From Acidilobaceae archaeon (GTDB taxonomy: Archaea; Thermoproteota; Thermoprotei_A; Sulfolobales; Acidilobaceae), in NCBI GenBank assembly GCA_038824665.1, contig JAWBBK010000002.1, forward strand, positions 69,483 to 133,482: a DNA stretch of 64,000 nucleotides. Reading direction: 5' to 3'. Below are positions 19,489 through 29,232 of the stretch, one piece after another. The notes beneath the pieces are model-generated. The model worked only from the letters and a program-made list of their open reading frames with translations. It was not told where the DNA came from and did no database searches. Position numbers and translations under genes: made by a program. Within the stretch, counting starts at the first letter, position 1; every line of letters starts with the position of its first letter.

Positions 19489-20601
19489 TTAGAGGACTTC
19501 CCAAAGGAATTTACCGTTTTCATATATCAGCTCTTTATCTCCATAGACTTTGGCTTTCGACATGTCTTTGATCATGTCCCAATGGATAGCCGATTTGTTC
19601 TTAGAGCCTGTGGTTATATAGCCTGAACCAAGAGCTAAGTGGATCGTACCCCCTATCTTTTCGTCAAGTAAGATCTGCTTAGTAAACTTATTTATATCGT
19701 AATTGAGCCCAAAAGCGAACTCTCCTACTCTTCTGGCTCCCTCGTCTACCTCTAAGATCTTCTTTAAGAGGTTCTCGCCTTTAGTAGCGCTTGCTTCAAC
19801 TACTTCTCCTTTCCTAAAGACCAATCTAACTCCTTCAACTTCATAACCTCTCCATATCGAAGGATACGTGAACGCTATACGACCTTCAACGCTTTCTTCT
19901 ATAGGTCCTGTGAACAGCTCTCCTCCGGGCATGTTCTTCTTGCCATCATCGTTGATCCATGTTCTTCCCGCTACAGAAAGCGTGAGGTCTGTATCGCTAT
20001 CGAGTATTCTGAGCTCTGACATCTTCGAGAGCTTTTCTGCAAGTCTCTCCTGCTTAGCTCCTATATCTCTCCAGGCGGAGATCGGGTCTTCTCTATAAAG
20101 CTTGAGAGCTCTATAAACAAAATCTTCATAGTCTAGTATGCTCATTCCCGCTTCTTGAGCTAAGGCTCGAGTAGGATATATAGTCACAGTCCATTTGAGA
20201 CTACCTTCTCCATCTCTTTTCATAAATATCTCGGAGAGTTCTCGGGTAGCGGCGTTCCTTATCTTGATTCTCTCTGGATCAACACCAATAAGGTATTTAG
20301 CATGAGAGTAGGATAGCACGTTTATTAGAGCGTTCATCTTCTCGTAGATCGTTTTGTCTATAGGAGAGAGGTATTCAAGAGTCTCTCTCGGAGCGTACTT
20401 ATAAAATATCTCTTGACTTTCTTCATCAAAAAGCTCTAGCCTAGGGTATCCACCTCTTTCAACTATGATCTTCACAAGAGTTCTGACGAAGGGAAGAGCT
20501 TCTATGCCGAATCTGATCACCACTTCATCTCCTTTCGATATTCCTGTCGAGTAGTCAACAATAAGTCTAGCAAACTTTTCGAGGTCTCTCAAAGCACGCA
20601 C
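19489..20601 (-). CDS. Aminopeptidase, peptidase M29 (AmpS/thermophilic metalloprotease)
   Basis: NMPGGELFTGP, GEFAFG, DEKIGGTIHLALG, NKSAIHWD. Confidence 0.93.
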   Translation of the reverse strand: MRALRDLEKFARLIVDYSTGISKGDEVVIRFGIEALPFVRTLVKIIVERGGYPRLELFDEESQEIFYKYAPRETLEYLSPIDKTIYEKMNALINVLSYSHAKYLIGVDPERIKIRNAATRELSEIFMKRDGEGSLKWTVTIYPTRALAQEAGMSILDYEDFVYRALKLYREDPISAWRDIGAKQERLAEKLSKMSELRILDSDTDLTLSVAGRTWINDDGKKNMPGGELFTGPIEESVEGRIAFTYPSIWRGYEVEGVRLVFRKGEVVEASATKGENLLKKILEVDEGARRVGEFAFGLNYDINKFTKQILLDEKIGGTIHLALGSGYITTGSKNKSAIHWDMIKDMSKAKVYGDKELIYENGKFLWEVL

Positions 20602-20728
20602 CGTTGTGAAGAAGTTTCGAAGCCTTTTAGATTAAGGTCTAAGCGAGCTGAGAAGAACTCTTATTGAGTGCAACATATATAACTGTGAGACTTTTCAACG
20701 AGGTTTAGGACCAAATACGGGGAGAGCT

Positions 20729-21283
20729 ATGGCTAAAAAGGTAGTAGAAGAAAGAAGGGTTGCTGTGCCAGATGGAGTTACTGTAGAGATAGCTACGAGT
20801 AGAGTCAAAATAGCAGGTCCTAAAGGGGTTCTCGAAAGAGACTTCTCACACGCTAGAGGTGTGATCATAGAGTACTCAGAACCCACTAGAGAGATCATCG
20901 TCTATAAACACTTCCCGAACGCAAGAGAAGTAGCGCTTGTTGGAACGATAGCTGCTCATATAAAGAACATGATAACTGGTGTGACCAAAGGTTTTAGATA
21001 CAAGCTAAAGGTGATCTTCGTTCACTTCCCCATAAGCGTTTCTGTTCGTGAGGGTAAGTTGATAATAAGCAACTTCTTGGGCGAGAAGACACCTAGAGTT
21101 ATTGAAATACCTCCGGGAGTCAACGTAAAGGTCTCAGGTCAGGATATAATCTTAGAGGGGATAGACCTAGAGAAGCTGGGTATGGTTGCAGGGATGATTG
21201 AGAGAGCGACTAGAGTTAAAGACAAAGACAAAAGAAAGTTCATGGATGGAATATACCTCTATGCGAGAGAGGTGATAGCTTGA
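20729..21283 (+). CDS. rpl6: 50S ribosomal protein L6 (uL6)
   Basis: GPKGxLxRDF, NMITGVTKGF, HFP, NFLGEK, DGIY. Confidence 0.97.
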   Translation: MAKKVVEERRVAVPDGVTVEIATSRVKIAGPKGVLERDFSHARGVIIEYSEPTREIIVYKHFPNAREVALVGTIAAHIKNMITGVTKGFRYKLKVIFVHFPISVSVREGKLIISNFLGEKTPRVIEIPPGVNVKVSGQDIILEGIDLEKLGMVAGMIERATRVKDKDKRKFMDGIYLYAREVIA

Positions 21284-21699
21284 TGGAGGGAGAGAAGTCT
21301 ATAGTGAAAGAAAGTCAGAACGCTATAAAAGAGCTACGGAAGATTCAGGAAAAGATAAAAAAGAAAAACAAACCGGAGTTCATTCACTATCATCATTATA
21401 GATATTGGAAATTTGAAAGACGAGATTCTTGGAGAAAACCTAAAGGTAGAGATAACAAGGTCAGGCTTGAAATCAAAGGTTACCCACCTAAGGTTAAATC
21501 AGGCTATGGAACTCCTGAAGATATTAGAGGACTTCATCCTAGCGGTCTCGAACCAGTAGTTGTCTCCAATGTAAAAGAGCTAGAGAATTTAGACCCTTCG
21601 CGACACATCGTATACATAGCCTCAACGGTAGGACTTAGAAAGAGAGCTGAGTTACTCGAAGCTATTAAAAGCCGAGGTTTTAGGGTGGCTAATGGATGA
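21280..21699 (+). CDS. rpl32e: 50S ribosomal protein L32e
   Basis: WRKPKGxDNKVR, GYG, RGLHPSG. Confidence 0.97.
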   Translation: MMEGEKSIVKESQNAIKELRKIQEKIKKKNKPEFIHYHHYRYWKFERRDSWRKPKGRDNKVRLEIKGYPPKVKSGYGTPEDIRGLHPSGLEPVVVSNVKELENLDPSRHIVYIASTVGLRKRAELLEAIKSRGFRVANG

Positions 21700-22154
21700 C
21701 AGACTATAGTCTTCAAAAAAGACTAGCTGCTGAGCTACTTGGTGTAGGAGAGAGCCGTATTTGGATAGATCCTAGCCCCGATAAAGCTGAAGAGATAACG
21801 CAGGCTCTGACTCGCGAGGACGTGGCTAAGCTCATAGAGAAGGGACTCATCAAGGTGAGACCGAAGAAAGGAAACTCAAGAAGCAGATGGTTGAAAAGAA
21901 GAGAGCAGAGACAGAAAGGAAGGAGAAGAGGTCATGGAAAAAGAAAAGGAGAAGTTGGTGCGCGCTCAGATCCTGAAGAGCTTTGGGTCAAAAAGATCAG
22001 GAAGATAAGGAGGTATCTCAGATGGTTGAGAGATCATGGAATAATAGATAGAAAGCTCTACAGAAGTCTCTATAGAAGAGCTAAAGGAGGAGCATTCAAG
22101 AGCTTCTCAGATCTAAAAATGCACCTTAAGGCTTTAGGAGTATCAGTAAGGTGA
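21696..22154 (+). CDS. rpl19e: 50S ribosomal protein L19e
   Basis: [39 protein letters not shown]. Confidence 0.97.
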   Translation: MTDYSLQKRLAAELLGVGESRIWIDPSPDKAEEITQALTREDVAKLIEKGLIKVRPKKGNSRSRWLKRREQRQKGRRRGHGKRKGEVGARSDPEELWVKKIRKIRRYLRWLRDHGIIDRKLYRSLYRRAKGGAFKSFSDLKMHLKALGVSVR

Positions 22155-22795
22155 TAGAAGTGGCTAGAGGTCCAACTTATAGAGTTCCTCTAAGGAGAAG
22201 AAGAGAAGGCAAGACCGATTATTATAAGAGAGTTAAGTTGATCAAATCTAAGAAGCCAAGACTTGTAGTCAGGAAAACAAACAAATATATATTGGCTCAA
22301 ATAGTGGAAGCAGCGATTCCTGGAGATAAGACAATAGTAGCGGCGCACAGCATAGAACTCTCTAAGCTTTACGGCTGGCTAGGCGATCACAACAATACCT
22401 GTGCAGCCTATCTAACTGGGCTTCTAGTCGGGTATAGAGCTCTGCTTAAAGGAATAACGGAAGCCGTTTTAGACATAGGGTTACACAGACCTTCGAGAGG
22501 TTCAAGAGTTTTCGCAACTCTAAAAGGAGCTCTAGATGCTGGTTTGAAGATACCACATTCTCCAGATGTCTTACCCTCTGAGGACAGGATAGAGTGTAGA
22601 CATATAGCTTCCTGGGCTCAACAGCTTTCTTCTACAAACCCAGAACTCTACAAGAGACAGTTTTCTAAGTACTTAGCGAGAGGATTGAGACCTGAAGACC
22701 TTCCTGTTCACTTAAATGAGATTTTGAGAAAGATAAAAGCCGAGTATGTAGATAAAGTTGCACAAGTAGTTGAAAAGACTGGTGCTACTGCGTAG
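22151..22795 (+). CDS. rpl18: 50S ribosomal protein L18 (uL18)
   Basis: [32 protein letters not shown]. Confidence 0.97.
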   Translation: MIEVARGPTYRVPLRRRREGKTDYYKRVKLIKSKKPRLVVRKTNKYILAQIVEAAIPGDKTIVAAHSIELSKLYGWLGDHNNTCAAYLTGLLVGYRALLKGITEAVLDIGLHRPSRGSRVFATLKGALDAGLKIPHSPDVLPSEDRIECRHIASWAQQLSSTNPELYKRQFSKYLARGLRPEDLPVHLNEILRKIKAEYVDKVAQVVEKTGATA

Positions 22796-22807
22796 AGGTG
22801 TTGCGAG

Positions 22808-23440
22808 ATGGGTATGGCGGCAGAAACGCTGAGAGATTGGGTTCCAGGAACTAAGGTAGGTAGGTTAGTTAAAGAGGGTAAGATAACTAGCATAGACCAG
22901 GTTTTCAGATCAGGCTTACCTATCTTAGAACCCGAGATCGTAGACGTTCTGCTTCCCAATTTAGAACACGAGATAATCGATACATCGCTAGTTCAAAAAA
23001 TGACAGATTCAGGAAGGATCTCAAAATATAGAGTCGTAGTCGTTATAGGCAATAGAGACGGTTATGTAGGCATCGGTAAAGGGAAAGCTAGACAGTTCAG
23101 AGTAGCTATAGAGAAAGCGATCAGAAACGCTAAGCTTAACATCACCCCCGTGAGAAGAGGTTGTGGAAGCTGGGAGTGTACTTGTGGAAGACCACATACA
23201 GTTCCTTACATAGTTAGAGGAAAGAGCGGAAGCGTTGAGATAGTTCTCAAGCCTGCTCCTCTAGGAACAGGTCTGGTAGCTGGAGATGTAGCTAAAGTGG
23301 TGTTCAGATTAGCTGGCTTAAGCGATGTCTGGACCCTAACGAGAGGTGAAACGAGAACCACGTATAACTTCGCTAGAGCTGCCTATGAGGCTTTAAAGAA
23401 GACGTATGATTTCGTGGCTCCTATCGATTGGCTTAGGTGA
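22808..23440 (+). CDS. rps5: 30S ribosomal protein S5 (uS5)
   Basis: [16 protein letters not shown], [18 protein letters not shown]. Confidence 0.97.
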   Translation: MGMAAETLRDWVPGTKVGRLVKEGKITSIDQVFRSGLPILEPEIVDVLLPNLEHEIIDTSLVQKMTDSGRISKYRVVVVIGNRDGYVGIGKGKARQFRVAIEKAIRNAKLNITPVRRGCGSWECTCGRPHTVPYIVRGKSGSVEIVLKPAPLGTGLVAGDVAKVVFRLAGLSDVWTLTRGETRTTYNFARAAYEALKKTYDFVAPIDWLR

Positions 23441-23446
23441 CACAAC

Positions 23447-23929
23447 GTGAGTTTATATGCAATAGTCAGAATTAGAGGCACTGTTGACGTTCCTCCAAAA
23501 GTAGAGCGAACTTTAGAACTGTTAAGACTAAGGAGAAGGTTTACAGCATCTCTTTATCACAAAAACTTACCAGGACTAGAGGATATGCTCAAAGCGATAG
23601 AGTCTTGGGCTACGTGGGGTGAAATCTCTAAAGAGACGTTGATCGACTTACTGAAGAGGAGAGGTAAAATAGTGGGAGACAAACCTCTTACAGATGAGTT
23701 CGTTAAAGAAGTCATAAAACTGCAAGGCGGTATAGAGGAGCTAGCCAACAAGCTTCTTATAGGCGAAATTTACTACCACAAGCTTGAACCTTTAGGCGTA
23801 AAGCCTTTCTTCAGATTACATCCACCAAAGAGCGGATTTGATGGAAGCATCAAGAAGGCTTACCGACAGGGAGGCGAACTCGGTTATAGAGGTTCAGCGA
23901 TAAACGAGTTGCTTAAGAGAATGATATGA
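23447..23929 (+). CDS. rpl30: 50S ribosomal protein L30 (uL30)
   Basis: AIVRIRG, TLELLRL, TWGE, FRLHPP, GELGYRG. Confidence 0.96.
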   Translation: MSLYAIVRIRGTVDVPPKVERTLELLRLRRRFTASLYHKNLPGLEDMLKAIESWATWGEISKETLIDLLKRRGKIVGDKPLTDEFVKEVIKLQGGIEELANKLLIGEIYYHKLEPLGVKPFFRLHPPKSGFDGSIKKAYRQGGELGYRGSAINELLKRMI

Positions 23930-23941
23930 GGGTGATCATCG

Positions 23942-24397
23942 ATGGTAGTTAGACGCAGAAAGAAAGTGAGGAAACTTCGTGGCAGATCGAGGACTATGGG
24001 TTGGGGTAGCGTAGGTCAACACAGAAAGTCGGGCTCTAGAGGAGGTACGGGAGCTGCAGGCTTAGGTAAACACAAATGGACTTGGACCATAAAGTATGCT
24101 CCAGATTGGTACGGTAAAAGAGGCTTTGTAAGACGCAGAATGTTGGTAGGATTCGAAAAGAGAACCATTAACGTGGGAGAAGTTCAAGACATTCTTGAGT
24201 CAATGATAGCTAGAGGTGAGGTAGCTGTAGAAAACGGGCTTTATGTGATAAACCTCAGCGATATGGGAGTTCACAAGTTGCTTGGAGAAGGCAAGATAAA
24301 GTTCCCAGTCAAGATAATCGTAGCGGAAGCTAGCGAGAGCGCTATAGAAAAGATAAAAAGCGCTGGAGGCGAGGTCGTCCTCTTAGCTCAAAACTAA
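23942..24397 (+). CDS. rpl15: 50S ribosomal protein L15 (uL15)
   Basis: RKLRG..GWG..GQHRKSGSRGG, GKRGF, KLLGEG, EKIKSAGG. Confidence 0.97.
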   Translation: MVVRRRKKVRKLRGRSRTMGWGSVGQHRKSGSRGGTGAAGLGKHKWTWTIKYAPDWYGKRGFVRRRMLVGFEKRTINVGEVQDILESMIARGEVAVENGLYVINLSDMGVHKLLGEGKIKFPVKIIVAEASESAIEKIKSAGGEVVLLAQN

Positions 24398-24529
24398 TGG
24401 GTTTTTATCGATTAGGATAGCTATCTCTCAGACTTGTTCTTGAATAAAGCTACTAAACGCTTATACCGTTTGGAAGAATGTGGTATTTAGGTGTGCTAGG
24501 TAGCTGAAAATCCGTAAGGACGAAGATGT

Positions 24530-25561
24530 ATGCCAGTTGTTGAAGGACTTCTTGATAAGGTCTTAGGCGTTAGAGAACACATAGAGAAAGCTTTAGCTAA
24601 GATGAGGTCGATAAAGGTAGAAGGGCTCGAATGGATTCCTCTTGAGCTACAAGAAGCTAAAGACCTTCTCTTCGTAGCAAGCGATAGTAGCAGACAACAC
24701 GAGAACTTCCGAGGGCTTTTTATATATGCAGTTCAAGGTGTAGCTGTTGCTTATAGCACAGCTGAAGGAGTTCTGAAGAGAGAAGTCGACTCAGACGCTA
24801 GAGTTATAGAGCTAGTAGGCAAGAAGGTTAGAAGGTTTGTAGAAGCTATTTTAGACAATTCCTCGAAGAGGCTAGAAGTCAAACTCGTTGAGAAGATCAT
24901 AGAGAACAACGTGTCTCCAAGCTACGTTCTCTTTGATGGCTCTTATGAGAGCTTCGCTCAAGCCATCCTAGTCCCTTTTAGGCGTAGCTTTAGAGAAGAG
25001 ATCTACGCTATGTGGAAAGAAAGAGTAGAGTCTTTAGCTAGGATCTTAAAGTCGTTTCAGACAGTGTTTATTTCAAAGAGCATAAAGAGAACGTACTTAA
25101 ACAAGGAATGTGGAATCACAGTACGACTTGGAGATAATGAGATCGAGGTTCCAGACATTATTATAATAGGAAAGGTCATTAATGAAGCTAAAGTCAAGAC
25201 CTCGGGTATACTGTGGCCAGCGAAGCCATACATAGAGCTGAGAAACGCTCCTCTTTGGCGAGGAAAAGCAGAACTAGAAGCTCTAGACAACCTCTCAGAG
25301 AAGTATACGATGTTTTACGCTCTTTTAAGTCCTTGGGGCAGAGTTTACAGAATAACGGTTCCTAAAGAGATCTCTCTGCAGGAAGCCGAGGAGATAGTTA
25401 GAGACTTATCTGTAGTTTCGGTTAATGACGGATATCCTCATCCTTTAGCGGTAGTTCATCACCTTAGCAAGCTGACCAGAAAGGACTTCAAAGACATGTT
25501 AGCTCTAGTTGCTTGGGATCTAGAGTCAGGCAGAGAGCCTCTAAACTACACAATCTCTTAG
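24530..25561 (+). CDS. NurA-family nuclease (divergent, stand-alone)
   Basis: ASDSS, LFDGS, ISKS and GYPHPLAVVH motifs align with the NurA DGS/DGS/SK/GYPxxLxxAH pattern. Confidence 0.75.
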   Translation: MPVVEGLLDKVLGVREHIEKALAKMRSIKVEGLEWIPLELQEAKDLLFVASDSSRQHENFRGLFIYAVQGVAVAYSTAEGVLKREVDSDARVIELVGKKVRRFVEAILDNSSKRLEVKLVEKIIENNVSPSYVLFDGSYESFAQAILVPFRRSFREEIYAMWKERVESLARILKSFQTVFISKSIKRTYLNKECGITVRLGDNEIEVPDIIIIGKVINEAKVKTSGILWPAKPYIELRNAPLWRGKAELEALDNLSEKYTMFYALLSPWGRVYRITVPKEISLQEAEEIVRDLSVVSVNDGYPHPLAVVHHLSKLTRKDFKDMLALVAWDLESGREPLNYTIS

Positions 25562-25577
25562 ATGTAGTTAACGTTTT

Positions 25578-26663
25578 CTATAAAGTCTGCTTTGTAGTAG
25601 TCAGGACCTCAGCTATGGCTGAGATCACGTTGCTGAGATCATCAAGAGAGACGTCACCCATAACGCCTATCCTGATTGCTTTGTCTTTGAGTTCCTTCAT
25701 TCCCTGGGCTATTAGATAGCCTCGTTTGAGCACTGCTTCAGCTATGATCTTCGAGTCTATAGGAGTCTTGAATGCAGTTATAGTAAAGCTTCTGATCTCT
25801 GCGATTTCAGGCAGGGCATGTAGACCTATCTTTTCGAGTTCTCTATAGAGGAACTCGGACCTTTCTCTGTGTTCCTCTATATGTTTTTCAAGTCCTTTAG
25901 TTAATATGAGGTCTACTGCAACTTCGAGAGCAGCTAGCACCGGAAGGGCCGGAGTAAAGGGCGTCTCTCTCACTTTTCTGTAGTAATTCACATACAAGCT
26001 CAAGTCAAGCAGAGGAGGAGCTGTGGGTCCCACTTTTTCAGCGACTTTAACTCCTTCTTCAGAGAGGAACACTAGACCGACACCTGGTGGAGCTGCTAGA
26101 GCCTTCTGGCTGCTCGTAGCTATAGCTGTCACTCCCCAAGAGTTTTCTATTGGAATTCCTGAAAATCCTGAAACAGAGTCAACTATCACTTTGACTCCAA
26201 GGTCTCTGGCTTTTCTCGCTAGCGATTCTAGATACGCATAAGCTACTCCTGTGCTGCTTTCGTTATGAACTAGCACCAGAGATTCGTAAGGTTCGTCTTC
26301 GAGTTTTTCTATTACATCGTTTAGCCTTACGACCTTTCCCATAGGAGCTTTCATAATATCGACTGTTGCTCCTCGTCTCCGAACGGACTCGAGCATCCTC
26401 TCTCCGAACTCTCCCCAAACTAGAGCTAGGACTTTCTCTCCTGGTCTGATCAGAGACCAGACGCTAGCGTCTACAGCTGTAGTTCCGCTACCAGCAAGTA
26501 GCGCTACTTCTTCTGCTCCTCGAGATAGCTTCAGTAGTTTGTCGGTGAGTCTCGATAGGAATTCTCTGAACTCTCGATCTCTATGATACTTTGGAGCTTT
26601 AAGCATAGCTTCCAAAACAGGTCTCGGAACCTCTACAGGACCTGGGGTTAGTAGCTTAGGCAC
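25578..26663 (-). CDS. Class V PLP aminotransferase (serine-pyruvate / archaeal phosphoserine aminotransferase-like)
   Basis: LTPGP, GSGT, VHNESSTG, VDSVS, SSQKAL, TPFTP, RIGVMG. Confidence 0.9.
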   Translation of the reverse strand: MPKLLTPGPVEVPRPVLEAMLKAPKYHRDREFREFLSRLTDKLLKLSRGAEEVALLAGSGTTAVDASVWSLIRPGEKVLALVWGEFGERMLESVRRRGATVDIMKAPMGKVVRLNDVIEKLEDEPYESLVLVHNESSTGVAYAYLESLARKARDLGVKVIVDSVSGFSGIPIENSWGVTAIATSSQKALAAPPGVGLVFLSEEGVKVAEKVGPTAPPLLDLSLYVNYYRKVRETPFTPALPVLAALEVAVDLILTKGLEKHIEEHRERSEFLYRELEKIGLHALPEIAEIRSFTITAFKTPIDSKIIAEAVLKRGYLIAQGMKELKDKAIRIGVMGDVSLDDLSNVISAIAEVLTTTKQTL

Positions 26664-27597
26664 GACCTAGCCACCTTTCTTTCACAAACTCTACTATGTT
26701 CTTTCCAAGTGTCACAGCTATTCTCTCTTGTGCCTCAAAGGTCTGGGAGCCTATATGTGAGGTTACCACTACTCTAGGATGAGCAACGAGCTTCTTTTGT
26801 ATATCGCTTTTAGGCGGCTCTTCTTCAAGCACGTCAGTAGCGTATACAGAGAGAATCCCAGAATCTAGAGCCCAGAGCACGCTTTCAGTATCAATAACGG
26901 CACCTCTGCTTGTGTTGATCAGAATTGAACCTCTCTTAAAACACTTCTCTAAAAGGTCTCTGTTTACTAGCTTGTGTGTAGATTCAACCAAAGGCACGTG
27001 GAGAGACACTATATCAGCTTCGCTAAGCGCTTTGCATAGATCTGATGCTACCTCTACGCCTCTCTTGACCGCTTCTGCTTTTATGTCTACAACATCGAAA
27101 GCTACAACTCTAGCTCCGAAAGACTTAACGAGTTCCGCTACTCTTTTCCCTACTCTACCGAATCCCACTACTAGGAATGTCTTGCCCATTAGCTCACGAC
27201 CTAAAGGTCTCTCCCACATTCCGTTCTTAGTTAAGCTTATGACGTAGTCTAGTCTGCGAAGAGCTATCAAAGTTAGCGCTATCGTTAGTTCTGCTACGCT
27301 TTCTATAGGAGCCTCTCCGGCGTTCATTACAGCTATTCCGAATTTCTTAGCGCTTTCAACGTCTATGTTGTCTAAGCCTACGCCTGCTCTTGCAATAACT
27401 TTGAGTTTCTCCGCTCCAACCTCTATTATCTCTGAGTCTACTCGAGTTCTCCCTCTGACTATTAGTATATCATATTCTTTAACGATTTTCTTCAGTTCTT
27501 CTTTGCTGATTCCCGGTCTATAATCTATCTGAAGTCCAGCCTGAGACAGGATCTGTAACAGCTTTTCGTCTACAGGCTCTGTGATCAAGACCTTCAT
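26656..27597 (-). CDS. serA: D-2-hydroxyacid dehydrogenase, phosphoglycerate dehydrogenase (SerA)-like
   Basis: RAGVGLDNID, GFGRVG, SLHVP, INTSRG, DVLEEEP, HIGSQT. Confidence 0.75.
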   Translation of the reverse strand: MKVLITEPVDEKLLQILSQAGLQIDYRPGISKEELKKIVKEYDILIVRGRTRVDSEIIEVGAEKLKVIARAGVGLDNIDVESAKKFGIAVMNAGEAPIESVAELTIALTLIALRRLDYVISLTKNGMWERPLGRELMGKTFLVVGFGRVGKRVAELVKSFGARVVAFDVVDIKAEAVKRGVEVASDLCKALSEADIVSLHVPLVESTHKLVNRDLLEKCFKRGSILINTSRGAVIDTESVLWALDSGILSVYATDVLEEEPPKSDIQKKLVAHPRVVVTSHIGSQTFEAQERIAVTLGKNIVEFVKERWLGRA

Positions 27598-28439
27598 CTT
27601 AGACCCTCCACAACCTCTTGAACTCTGGACATAAGCTTAATCACAGGAGCTCCGAGAGGGACTTTCATGAGTTCAGCTATTGGAGGACATTTAGCTCTTA
27701 GAGCTACCACTACTTTATGCTTTTCTGGAAATCCGAAATCTAAAGCGGCTTCTAAGTTGGCAATACCTTTCGAGATTATTGCATCAACTTTCAAAAGCAG
27801 TTCTGAAACGTCTCTGTTCCTCACTGCGAAAGCTGGGTAGTTGCTTCCTGTGCTTATCACTTTCACGAAGTTGATTAACGGGGTCTCGCCAAGATTTTCA
27901 GCGATCTCAGACATTAACTTTCTGACCTCCTCTACAGTGACGTCGACTTCGTAAGGTTCTTCTCTCGCTATCAGCACAACATCTTTTCCTACAGTAACTA
28001 GCTTCAAGGCTAACACGATATCTACTACTGCCTCTCCGGCGTTGTCCAAAAGCAACGCGACACTTTTGGCGTTATCTAAAAGGCTTAAAGCTTCAGGATC
28101 CAGAAAGCCAAAGCTACGCTCATCGGAATTCATCGGTTCTGAGTTTACAGTGACCCATTTCATCTCGTAGTCTATAGAGTTCGCTAAAGCGGAGAGCTGG
28201 AGCAGACTTCTCCAGTCTAGGTTTTTAAGATCTTTTACTAAGGCTAGATATCTTTCGTTAAGTTCTCTTTTCATCTTAGTCACTTCTTCTTTTACTATAG
28301 GGTACATCAACTTGAAGGATTCTGTGAAGACTTCTGTTCTCGTTGTTCTCTCTTCAAAGACTTTCATTAAAACCTCGTTTAACCCCATTTTTCTAACTCT
28401 AGAATGAGCTAAACATTCTATACACTTGCTTTTGTTCAG
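27594..28439 (-). CDS. DUF89/ARMT1-like damage-control phosphatase
   Basis: ANSIDY, LLDNAGE, STG, ISKGIAN, AKC motifs; open frame extends beyond the called start (28388) to include CIEC; true start unclear. Confidence 0.8.
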   Translation of the reverse strand: MNKSKCIECLAHSRVRKMGLNEVLMKVFEERTTRTEVFTESFKLMYPIVKEEVTKMKRELNERYLALVKDLKNLDWRSLLQLSALANSIDYEMKWVTVNSEPMNSDERSFGFLDPEALSLLDNAKSVALLLDNAGEAVVDIVLALKLVTVGKDVVLIAREEPYEVDVTVEEVRKLMSEIAENLGETPLINFVKVISTGSNYPAFAVRNRDVSELLLKVDAIISKGIANLEAALDFGFPEKHKVVVALRAKCPPIAELMKVPLGAPVIKLMSRVQEVVEGLR

Positions 28440-28606
28440 AAAACGGGCTCGGGCTTGTAATTCAAGTATCCCGAGTCCAACTGATCCACCTTAATCCCCT
28501 CAGCAGACAGGAGAACTATTTTAAACTTTTCGGTGGGTAAAGTTATTTACAGGAGACGATCTGGAACTTTTTGGATTATACTATCTAAGACGAAGAGGGT
28601 TAGTCT

Positions 28607-29161
28607 GTGAGTACGAAGATTATAGTGACAACTAGTAGGAGGCCTAGCCCGCGTTCGAGAAGTCTTGTAAAAGACTTACTTTCAGTGCTTCCACATGCTG
28701 TTAGAATAACTAGAGGACATACATCATTGGAAGAGCTAGCCAGAATGGCCTTAGCTGTTGGAGCGTCTAGGGTTGTGATCCTAGCTGAGAGAAAAGGAAA
28801 TCCAGGGCTCCTGAGAGTTTATGAGCCTATAACCAATCCCCTAGCTCTCAAAGACCTATCTACATTCATAATTCGAGGGGTCAAGCTGGCTCGTGAAGCT
28901 GGCACAAGGTCTTCCATCAAACCAAAACTTCTCTACGTAGTTAGCGATGGGTCTGAGATCTCGGATCATGTTGCTGAAGAGTTTGTCAGATCTTTTTACG
29001 CAAAGATATTTTTAGGCAGAACCCCTTCTGGAGCTGTTTTGGCTCGAATAACCTCTCTTAGCGACAACCTATGTTTCGTTAGATTTTTCTATAAAGAAAA
29101 CCAAATAGGTCCTGAGCTGAAGCTCTCTAAACCTCGACAGGTAGCGAAAAACCTCTCTTGA
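28607..29161 (+). CDS. Brix-domain ribosome biogenesis protein (Imp4-like)
   Basis: IVTTSRRPSPRSRSLVKDL, RG, ERKGNP, IGP. Confidence 0.88.
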   Translation: MSTKIIVTTSRRPSPRSRSLVKDLLSVLPHAVRITRGHTSLEELARMALAVGASRVVILAERKGNPGLLRVYEPITNPLALKDLSTFIIRGVKLAREAGTRSSIKPKLLYVVSDGSEISDHVAEEFVRSFYAKIFLGRTPSGAVLARITSLSDNLCFVRFFYKENQIGPELKLSKPRQVAKNLS

Positions 29162-29232
29162 GATTTTAGAGGGCCTCTAGTCTTTAAAGGCTTTAGGCTC
29201 CTAGGGAGTGTAGGACTTGTGGGTGTAATAAT

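Noticed and set aside
20606-20651. GTGAAGA...CTGA as a possible C/D sRNA
   Set aside because: No recognisable or compensatory C'/D' boxes, and it overlaps the divergent promoter region
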